Below are positions 26,998 through 34,770 of a stretch of DNA of 58,302 bases, one piece after another (within the stretch, counting starts at the first letter, position 1; the number at the start of each line of letters is the position of its first letter). Both the position numbers and the translations under genes were made by a program. The stretch comes from a virus (Duplodnaviria; Caudoviricetes), in the IMG/VR virus record IMGVR_UViG_3300024999_000119, positions 1-58,302 of that record, one strand, 5' to 3'. Below the pieces are notes generated by a model. That model was not told where the DNA came from and searched no databases. It was given only the letters and a program-made list of their open reading frames with translations.

Positions 26998-27640
26998 GAG
27001 AATAATATCTGAAGTTGCTTTAAGATGTAATGACACTAAATTTACTGATTTTCAAAGTAGTGTTTATGAAAGAGCTTTATTAAGAGCTTCAAGGTCTGTA
27101 GCTAAAAGATACCATCTAATTCAAAGAGAGTCTAATTTTAATATTGATATTCCTATAGGAGAAAATGGAGACGAAGATTCTGTAGTAGAAGAAAAGTCTT
27201 TAATTGATGTTGTTATTAGCTTGCCATCTTTTACATCGGAGTATAAAGTTATTATAAATAATTTAGAATATACTAAAGTAAAAGATATTACAGACGATTA
27301 TCAATATACTCTTTATCGAGATCAGAACAGAATTTATTTTAATTATCAACCAAGAACTAAAAGTGATAGTGTTCATATTAGATATACATCAGATATAAAT
27401 GAAGAAGATTATGATATTGAAGAATTAGAACCTATTATTCCTTCACAATATGAAGAAGAATTAATAAAACTAACGTTAGTTGAAATAGCTAAGTTAGGTA
27501 TAGTTAAATTTAATGAATCTTCTGAAGGTGGTAAATATACAAATGTTCTTAAATTGTATTCTATTGATGAAAGAATATTAGAAAAAGATTTAATTAAAGA
27601 TACAACTTGGGCTGTTATAAGACCAAGATGGAGTGTATAA
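26990..27640 (+). CDS. Head-tail adaptor/ring protein 2
   Basis: IIPSQYEEELIKLTL motif. Confidence 0.6.
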   Translation: MDKRIISEVALRCNDTKFTDFQSSVYERALLRASRSVAKRYHLIQRESNFNIDIPIGENGDEDSVVEEKSLIDVVISLPSFTSEYKVIINNLEYTKVKDITDDYQYTLYRDQNRIYFNYQPRTKSDSVHIRYTSDINEEDYDIEELEPIIPSQYEEELIKLTLVEIAKLGIVKFNESSEGGKYTNVLKLYSIDERILEKDLIKDTTWAVIRPRWSV

Positions 27641-28398
27641 TGGAAGCATCATTAATAAATAATCTATTATCTAAACATCCATATTATTCTAAGTTATCTG
27701 ATTCTGATAGACTAATAGTATTGAATTTAGCTCTATCTAATTATTGGAATGCCTTAGATGAAGTTATATACCCTTCTGTATTAACTGCTGGTAAAGTAGG
27801 TACAAGTGGTGCTATTATAGAATACCCTTCTATTTATAGAATGCCACAAAGATTTTCAGCATCTTTAAGTTTATCTACATATTCCAATATATTGAATCAA
27901 TTAAGCTCTAATGAATATGTAGGTCAATTAGATGATGATAGTAAGAAGATTGTTTTTTCTATTGCTGTTCAAAAGTTAGCTCAAAAGATTCCAAGTTATT
28001 ATTCTGTTGAAAATCATACTGGTGATATTGAATATGATACCGAGAAGTTGATTTCTCCTTTAGAAGTATTATGGTTTAAGTTGCCAATGATTAACCATTA
28101 TGCACCAAGTATTTCTTTATCTTCAACTATTGTGTATGCTTTTAGTAAATTTGTTGATACTATTGCTAACATCACATCTTCAATTGCTTATGTAATAACT
28201 GAAAATTTAGCGTATAATGCGGAAGGAAGCCTACAATCTTCTATCCTATACAATATGCCTATCTTCACTACAAATAGCTCTTACGCAGCTCCTAATAGCG
28301 AAATAAGGTACTTGGTGAGAACATCAGCAGATGAACCAACGGAAATTATAGAAACTTCTATAGCATTAGCAAAAACAACAATAATTTATAGTTTATAG
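27640..28398 (+). CDS. Virion structural protein
   Basis: TAATG overlap; structural module. Confidence 0.55.
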   Translation: MEASLINNLLSKHPYYSKLSDSDRLIVLNLALSNYWNALDEVIYPSVLTAGKVGTSGAIIEYPSIYRMPQRFSASLSLSTYSNILNQLSSNEYVGQLDDDSKKIVFSIAVQKLAQKIPSYYSVENHTGDIEYDTEKLISPLEVLWFKLPMINHYAPSISLSSTIVYAFSKFVDTIANITSSIAYVITENLAYNAEGSLQSSILYNMPIFTTNSSYAAPNSEIRYLVRTSADEPTEIIETSIALAKTTIIYSL

Positions 28399-28422
28399 TT
28401 ATAAAAATTAAAGGAGTCAGAA

Positions 28423-29841
28423 ATGAACCATGCACCAACAATTAAAGTATCACATGAGATTCTAAAGAAAAATAAGGAAATTATTTCTGAATCTTCTGGA
28501 TATAAAGCAGAAATAGAATTAAAAATATCAGATAAAGATGGGAAAATAAAGCAAACAATTACAACTCCATTTAGAAGTTACGTTAGTAATTTCCCTAAGA
28601 TTTTACAATATAGTTTATTGGGAGTAGCTTCTCAACCTATGAATACTGCGAATACATTATTCACAGCTTCTCTTGCCCATACTTTTGTAGTAACCGAAAA
28701 AGATTTAACTGGACTTGCATCTACTCCTTCAAAAAGAGGTATTTGGATAGGTGATATAAATGATACTTCTGGAGTTGGAAATTCTCAAACATCTGGAATA
28801 CAAGATGAATTAAGTTTTAGTGATTTTAATCTTAGAAGACCTTATGAGCAAGGAGACTTGTCTGCAACAAAGGAAATAGATTTTGAAGCTACAACTGTTA
28901 ATATGTATTCAACTAATTCCGATATTCTAGAAGTAAAAAGAAGATTCACTAATGTTGGTCCAGGAAGCATCTATATTGATGAAGTTGGTTTAGTTGGCTC
29001 TGCACCTAGCTCTTCTACTGCGACTACTGCTGGAGCTTTTGTAACGAATACAGTATATCGAATAGCAAGTGCTGGCACTACCAATTTCACACTTATTGGT
29101 GCTACTGATAGCTTACCAGGCACTATTTTTATGGCTACTGGCGCTGGAACTGGAACTGGAACTGCAATTCCATTTGATTCTGTTATGATTGCGAGAGATG
29201 GAGTTTATGATAGTTCTGGTAACGGAGTAGAAGTACCTGAATCCAATATTATCGATTTAACTTATAGATTTGAAATAACTAACTCTTCTGGATTTACTAG
29301 AAACTTCCTTAGGTATCTTGCTGGTGAAATGAGTGGTTCTGCTCCTAGTGTATATTTAAAAGATACTCTTGGTACATCATATAGCTACAATTATAGCTTA
29401 TTAGCAGCGAACAAAAGTCTCATGGCATCTGCAACAGATGTTAATTATGGATTGCTTATTAGTGGTAGTATTACTTCTACTCCAAGTTCTGTACCAACAA
29501 TCAAAACATTGGACTACACTATTGAAAATCAAATTCTAGAAGCTTCTATGGAGCATAGTGCTGTTTCTACAATAGATTTGACTACTGAAGATGGAGCATC
29601 TACTTTTGGTGTTTATAGAGATTTTGAAAATGTTCTTACCACAAATGTTTATGTTAATGCAGTTAATTTAGTAGCACAAATAAACGATACTGTATCAACA
29701 ACAAAGAATTTCTTAATAGGAAAATCTTCTGTTTCTGGAGTTGGTACTGATTATATAACTGTTGCTCCTGGTGAAATATTAAGACTAAGATTTTATCTTT
29801 CATTTCCATTAGGTGATTTAAACCCATTAGCAGCAGAATAA
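28423..29841 (+). CDS. Tail-associated structural protein with internal duplication
   Basis: RRFTNVGPGSIYIDEVGL resembles RDFENVLTTNVYVNAVNL; Ser/Thr/Gly rich. Confidence 0.6.
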   Translation: MNHAPTIKVSHEILKKNKEIISESSGYKAEIELKISDKDGKIKQTITTPFRSYVSNFPKILQYSLLGVASQPMNTANTLFTASLAHTFVVTEKDLTGLASTPSKRGIWIGDINDTSGVGNSQTSGIQDELSFSDFNLRRPYEQGDLSATKEIDFEATTVNMYSTNSDILEVKRRFTNVGPGSIYIDEVGLVGSAPSSSTATTAGAFVTNTVYRIASAGTTNFTLIGATDSLPGTIFMATGAGTGTGTAIPFDSVMIARDGVYDSSGNGVEVPESNIIDLTYRFEITNSSGFTRNFLRYLAGEMSGSAPSVYLKDTLGTSYSYNYSLLAANKSLMASATDVNYGLLISGSITSTPSSVPTIKTLDYTIENQILEASMEHSAVSTIDLTTEDGASTFGVYRDFENVLTTNVYVNAVNLVAQINDTVSTTKNFLIGKSSVSGVGTDYITVAPGEILRLRFYLSFPLGDLNPLAAE

Positions 29842-29851
29842 GGAGAATAAA

Positions 29852-30322
29852 ATGTTAGGAACAATAGTAACTCATTTACCGATATTTGCTCAAGGAGATA
29901 ATGGATATATCGTTGTTGTTGATATGGATGATCTATTTGTCGATAAAGTGAATTCAGTTGAGTTTATGAGAACAACAGATCCAACATTAACTAAAGTTGT
30001 TGAAGGTACTACAATAACATTATTAAATGATATGCTTAATACAACTGATGCAGTTGATGTAGCTTGGGCTTATAGTTCAAGTTTATTATATCTATTTTTT
30101 ACTAATTATTATCCTTATATTGACGAAACAATGTTTATTGCATTTGGAACAAGAACTGGTGTTCCTATAAATAGCTTTGATGATAAAATAGATATTCCAG
30201 AAAAACATTTAGAATTATTCATAAAATATGCTATTAAAGAATCTGCTCAATTATTAGGAAGACAAGTTCCACCTTCTATTGAAGTTGATATTAGAGAATT
30301 GGAGAGTAAGCTAAATGGATAA
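29852..30322 (+). CDS. Adaptor/ring-like protein 3
   Basis: DIPEKHLELFIKYAI motif. Confidence 0.5.
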   Translation: MLGTIVTHLPIFAQGDNGYIVVVDMDDLFVDKVNSVEFMRTTDPTLTKVVEGTTITLLNDMLNTTDAVDVAWAYSSSLLYLFFTNYYPYIDETMFIAFGTRTGVPINSFDDKIDIPEKHLELFIKYAIKESAQLLGRQVPPSIEVDIRELESKLNG

Positions 30323-30431
30323 AATATTAAAGAAGTTTCGTTCATTTGTCAAGAATTATATAATTGCTTTAATATATGATTCTACATTTAAAACTTTTGA
30401 TAAAGAAACAACTACATTTGATGGTAAATAA
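30315..30431 (+). CDS. Small peptide (38 aa)
   Basis: Fills the gap; YDSTFKTFDKETTTFD. Confidence 0.5.
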   Translation: MDKILKKFRSFVKNYIIALIYDSTFKTFDKETTTFDGK

Positions 30432-30443
30432 AAGGAAATTGAA

Positions 30444-30713
30444 ATGGAAAATAAAACAATAACACAACCAGAAGCTAATAGCATAATGCTAGGTAGGGAA
30501 GACTTTGATGAAATCACTGGTGTTGGTACTCCTTCTGCTGGTAGAGTTTATAACGTTTTAGTAAGTGATGTTGATGCTGTATATTCTGCTACATCTGTTA
30601 GTGGAGATAATTTATCAGCAAGAACAAGGACTGCTAACAGTATAAGATTAGGAAGGTTTACAGAAGTTAATGTTACTTCTGGAGTAGTATTAGCATATTA
30701 TGGTGAATCATAA
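30444..30713 (+). CDS. Small structural protein
   Basis: GRFTEVNVTSGVVLAY C-terminus. Confidence 0.65.
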   Translation: MENKTITQPEANSIMLGREDFDEITGVGTPSAGRVYNVLVSDVDAVYSATSVSGDNLSARTRTANSIRLGRFTEVNVTSGVVLAYYGES

Positions 30714-30919
30714 TGTGGGGATTCGGATTTGAGTTTCCTAAGCATTATGGAGTAGTTTCTGCTATGGGTGGTAATACACTTAATTGGCATGATTGGGCTT
30801 GTCCAGTATGGGAAGATGTGGAAATATTGTGGGAAGATGCTTCAATGACATCTTGTGATGTATTTGCTAATAACACAAATGTTTATGAAGATGTTACAAC
30901 TAATTGGGAATTAACTTAG
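30713..30919 (+). CDS. Small Trp-repeat structural peptide
   Basis: WHDWACPVWEDVEILWED..YEDVTTNWE. Confidence 0.6.
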   Translation: MWGFGFEFPKHYGVVSAMGGNTLNWHDWACPVWEDVEILWEDASMTSCDVFANNTNVYEDVTTNWELT

Positions 30920-30928
30920 GAGAATAAA

Positions 30929-32611
30929 ATGAGTACACCTTTAACAGGTCAAAGAATTGATCAAAGCTATGGAGACATAGTACAAGTTTCAAATGCTGGT
31001 TATGGTATAGATGCTACATCTAGAAAAGTATCTAGTGGTTTAGGGACAGATTCAGCATTAGCATTAGGAACAAATATTGTTACAATACAACCCAGTACAA
31101 CAAATGGTTCAGTATTAGAAGTTAAGAATTTAGCTGGTTCTGTATTATTCACAATCAATACATCTACAAATACAATAACTGCTAATAGTGGAGTTAAATT
31201 TGTTGGGGATGGTAGTTTATTAACTTCTGTACCAAGTGTTGGAAGTGGTGGTACTACATCAGAAGTAGCATTAACTTTACAGGCAGACTCAAATAATGGC
31301 GGTACTGCTGGTGAAGATATTATAATGAAAATTGGCACAAAAGTAGTTGGCAGAATACCAAACACTTATGCAGCATCATTACCAAGTGGAGTTGAAGGTA
31401 ATTACTTCTTAAAAACAGTGTCAGATAACTTTGCTCCTCCAGTCGGTGGTGCAATACTTAATGGTAGCACACAGTATTATTCACATGTAGATAATACCAA
31501 TTTGAATTTTGGTACTGGTGATTTTAGTTTGGGGGTGTATTTTAATGTGTATTCTACGTCTTCTGGATTTGGTATGATAGGTTCGTTAACTGATGGAGTT
31601 AGTTTTTATGATTTAAGACTAACATCATTAGGTATTCTATCACTTAATATATATAATTCTGGTACAAAATATACAATTAGTTGTGCATCGGCAATAGAAG
31701 CAAATAAGAATTATCATTTAGTAATAACAAGAGGTACTTCACCTAAATTATATCTAAATGGTGCAGAAATGGCTACTACATTAAATGAGATTAGTGGTAA
31801 AATCTTTACCTTTACGGGTGTTAAGCTATTTGGTGATTCCCCTCACTATGCTTCGTTTAATGGTAAATTCTATTTCTCAAACTTCTACAACTACGCTCTA
31901 ACACAAGCAGAAGTAACTGAAAGATGGAACAACGGACAACCACACTTGTATGTAGAGCCTTATGCTACGAGAGATGCGAGCAATACTGTTCTTACAAGTG
32001 GTACTTTGGTAATTGGTAAAAGATACATCCTAAAAACCTTTGTTTCTGGTGATGACTTTACAAATGTTGCAACTGTTTTAAGTGGTACAATAAATACAAC
32101 TGGTTGTGTATTCATAGCAAAAGCTACAACCCCAACAACTTGGACTAATTCAAGTGAAGTTATGAGCGAAGGCTTGACATTCTCCGCTAACTACCAAGAT
32201 GCTGGTACAAATGGTTGGAAAGTTAAAGTAGGTGGAGTTACAAGTATTATGAATAGTACTGCTTCTCCTATTGCTGCTGGTAAAGGTGCTTATGAAGTTT
32301 ATACAGATGCAAGAGCTTTGATAGCAACAGCAACTCCGACTACTATGTCAATTCCTAAAGGCTATGTAATTAGAGAAATTAGAGCTTTGGGTTCTGCTGG
32401 GTTAACTGCTATTAAAATAGGGACTTCAAGTAGTGGTGAGCAAATTGTTGCTTCAACAACTACAACTGGAACGACTCCTAAAATTCTTACTTTGGCAGCA
32501 ACAGCAAGAGATGCTTATTCAGAATCGGCAGACACTCCTATTTATGTCGAACACACAACTGCTGGTCAAACAATGAATGTAATCTTAATCTTTGAAAGGG
32601 TAGGTGCATAA
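30929..32611 (+). CDS. Tail fibre/receptor-binding protein with LamG (ConA-like) domain
   Basis: FVGDGSLLT fibre motif; NFGTGDFS, YHLVITR, LYLNG, YNYALTQAEV. Confidence 0.75.
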   Translation: MSTPLTGQRIDQSYGDIVQVSNAGYGIDATSRKVSSGLGTDSALALGTNIVTIQPSTTNGSVLEVKNLAGSVLFTINTSTNTITANSGVKFVGDGSLLTSVPSVGSGGTTSEVALTLQADSNNGGTAGEDIIMKIGTKVVGRIPNTYAASLPSGVEGNYFLKTVSDNFAPPVGGAILNGSTQYYSHVDNTNLNFGTGDFSLGVYFNVYSTSSGFGMIGSLTDGVSFYDLRLTSLGILSLNIYNSGTKYTISCASAIEANKNYHLVITRGTSPKLYLNGAEMATTLNEISGKIFTFTGVKLFGDSPHYASFNGKFYFSNFYNYALTQAEVTERWNNGQPHLYVEPYATRDASNTVLTSGTLVIGKRYILKTFVSGDDFTNVATVLSGTINTTGCVFIAKATTPTTWTNSSEVMSEGLTFSANYQDAGTNGWKVKVGGVTSIMNSTASPIAAGKGAYEVYTDARALIATATPTTMSIPKGYVIREIRALGSAGLTAIKIGTSSSGEQIVASTTTTGTTPKILTLAATARDAYSESADTPIYVEHTTAGQTMNVILIFERVGA

Positions 32612-32832
32612 TGGAAATAGTATTAGATAAAGCAATATTACTTGCTGGTGAATTAGCAACAAAAGTAATCATTAAAGAAGTTATGATTGATTCAATAAAT
32701 CAAAAGAACTTGATTTGTGATTTGGTCAAAGTAGATGAAGACGTAGAGTCTGTTTATTATGAAAATGCAGCTTATGTATTAGGTAAACAACCATTTGACT
32801 TAACAGACGAACAAATAGCTGGATTAAACTAA
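32611..32832 (+). CDS. Possible tail fibre chaperone
   Basis: Small acidic ORF coupled to the fibre gene. Confidence 0.45.
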   Translation: MEIVLDKAILLAGELATKVIIKEVMIDSINQKNLICDLVKVDEDVESVYYENAAYVLGKQPFDLTDEQIAGLN

Positions 32833-32859
32833 TTATTATAACAAGATAAAGGAAATAAA

Positions 32860-33171
32860 ATGAAAGATTTAACTGGAACTGGACACAAATATGAACTTCA
32901 ATCGTTTGAAAATGGGAAACCACAAGTACTCCAATTTATAGAAAAAGCACATATTGCAGATGGCTCTATTGAACTAAGAACAGTAAATGATGGTACTACA
33001 AATGAAGAAGTTCTCAAAATGTTAATTGACAGAGCTACTAAATTAAACCAAAAATTTGCGAGTAGAGAAGGCTCTTTGGCTATAACAAAAATGGAAGAAG
33101 CCTTAATGTGGTTTAATAAAAGAACTGAAAATCGTATTGTGAGAAATGTAGAAGGTAAACACACCAATTAA
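32860..33171 (+). CDS. tad1: Tad1-like anti-defence nucleotide sponge
   Basis: H.Y, G..NEEVL..LIDR, SREGSLAITKMEEALMWFNKRTENRIVRNVEG matches the Tad1 C-terminal pattern SRE..A.T..EEALMW.N.R...R..RNV.G. Confidence 0.75.
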   Translation: MKDLTGTGHKYELQSFENGKPQVLQFIEKAHIADGSIELRTVNDGTTNEEVLKMLIDRATKLNQKFASREGSLAITKMEEALMWFNKRTENRIVRNVEGKHTN

Positions 33172-33225
33172 CTATTATTGAATGCTCCCTATCTAACCAA
33201 TAGGGGGTTAATTTTAGGAGCAAAG

Positions 33226-33549
33226 ATGGAAAGTTGCAAAATACACGACAAACAAATTGAAATATTGGAAGAAAAAATGGAAACTGTACAAGAAGATTTG
33301 AAACACATAAGAGAAAATGTTCACACTCTTTTAGGAAGGAGTTCAGATTTTGTTGTAAAAGTTATCAATGGTAAAACAGAAGAAAGATTAGCAAGTGAGT
33401 TAATTGGCGAAATGTATGTTGAAATGAAAACTTTAAGGAAACAAACTCCTAAAAGTATAATGTCAACATTCAGTACATCAATATTACCATTTATAAACAT
33501 ATTAACTTTGATAGGTTTAATAATAACTTTGTTAGAGGTATTACAATGA
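33226..33549 (+). CDS. Coiled-coil protein with C-terminal TM (lysis accessory)
   Basis: AGGAG RBS before 33226; hydrophobic C-terminus; precedes holin. Confidence 0.6.
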   Translation: MESCKIHDKQIEILEEKMETVQEDLKHIRENVHTLLGRSSDFVVKVINGKTEERLASELIGEMYVEMKTLRKQTPKSIMSTFSTSILPFINILTLIGLIITLLEVLQ

Positions 33550-33749
33550 AACAATGGTTCAAAGATTTATTCTCCGAAAATTCAACAGTAAGTTGGATGA
33601 GAGTTATTGGTTTTATTGCAGTTGTATTTGCTATTGTATTTATGATAACTGATATAATTATCAATAATGATATTACATCAATGTGGACTACTTTATTATC
33701 TATTGCAGTTGGTGGTAAGTTAGTTCAAAAATTTGCAGAGAAACAATGA
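33546..33749 (+). CDS. Holin
   Basis: 67 aa, two TM segments, SWMRV, GGKLVQKFAEK. Confidence 0.7.
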   Translation: MKQWFKDLFSENSTVSWMRVIGFIAVVFAIVFMITDIIINNDITSMWTTLLSIAVGGKLVQKFAEKQ

Positions 33750-34270
33750 AGATAGATAGTAAAAATATTTTATATAGTAAAGGAGGTAATGATGAATGTT
33801 ATACTCCAGAATATGCAATTACACCATTGCTTGAATTTTTACCTAAAGATAAACTTTATTGGTTACCTTTTGATAGGATAAATAGCAACTTCTTAAAAGT
33901 GTTAAATGAAAATGGTTATAATTTTATTTTCTCACATTTAGATTATGCTCAAAACTTTTATGAATTTGAACCAAAACAGTGGGATATTCTTTTAAGTAAT
34001 CCACCTTTTACTAATAAAAGAAAAATATTTGAACGAGCTTTATCGTTTAACAAACCATTTGCTTTGTTGATGAGTAATACTTGGTTAAACGATTCAGCTC
34101 CAAAACAATTATTTTATGAAAAAGATTTGCAATTGCTGATGTTTGATAAAAGGATTAAGTATGAAAATGATGGATATACAAACGACAAAATAACATTTAG
34201 TAGTTCATATTATTGTTGGAATTTATTACCAAAACAAATTATAATGAAAAAACTATTAGGTACAAAATGA
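33746..34270 (+). CDS. N6-adenine methyltransferase
   Basis: DECYTP, WLPFD, SNPPF, KPFALL. Confidence 0.75.
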   Translation: MKIDSKNILYSKGGNDECYTPEYAITPLLEFLPKDKLYWLPFDRINSNFLKVLNENGYNFIFSHLDYAQNFYEFEPKQWDILLSNPPFTNKRKIFERALSFNKPFALLMSNTWLNDSAPKQLFYEKDLQLLMFDKRIKYENDGYTNDKITFSSSYYCWNLLPKQIIMKKLLGTK

Positions 34271-34761
34271 AAACAATTAACTACATAATAGGTATTATTG
34301 GAGTTATAGCAATAGCTGTTTCGATTTATTTACAAAAACCAATAAAGCCAATAGTTGAATATATTAAAGGTGATACTGTAACAACAGTTATAAATCAATC
34401 TGTATTTGACTCACTTAAATATAGCTATAAAGCTGAAATACAAAAGATTAAAAGAAGTAAAATATCTTTTGTGAAAGGTGATACCGATACACTTAAAGAT
34501 ACTGTTTATACAGAATATAAAGCAGGTTTCAATCTTGGCAATTCAGTTCTTGGTACAAGTGGAGATGTTGCTTTGGTTAATGGTAACTTTGAATTTAGTA
34601 ATACTGCTTATCGCTATCCTAAAATCACTAAAACAGTAGTTGATACGTTTATAATAAAAGAAAAAAAATTTAGTAGTGGAATACAAGTAGGTGCTGGATA
34701 TGGTTTGATAAATGGCAAGTTTGATGTGTTTATTGGGTATGGATTCCAGTTAAAATTTTAA
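34267..34761 (+). CDS. Spanin-like lysis protein
   Basis: N-terminal TM; DT-rich linker; C-terminal amphipathic beta hairpin ending in Phe. Confidence 0.5.
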   Translation: MKTINYIIGIIGVIAIAVSIYLQKPIKPIVEYIKGDTVTTVINQSVFDSLKYSYKAEIQKIKRSKISFVKGDTDTLKDTVYTEYKAGFNLGNSVLGTSGDVALVNGNFEFSNTAYRYPKITKTVVDTFIIKEKKFSSGIQVGAGYGLINGKFDVFIGYGFQLKF

Positions 34762-34770
34762 GGGAATACA

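Noticed and set aside
30929-32611. Diversity-generating retroelement targeting the tail fibre
   Set aside because: No reverse transcriptase and no template/variable repeat pair seen
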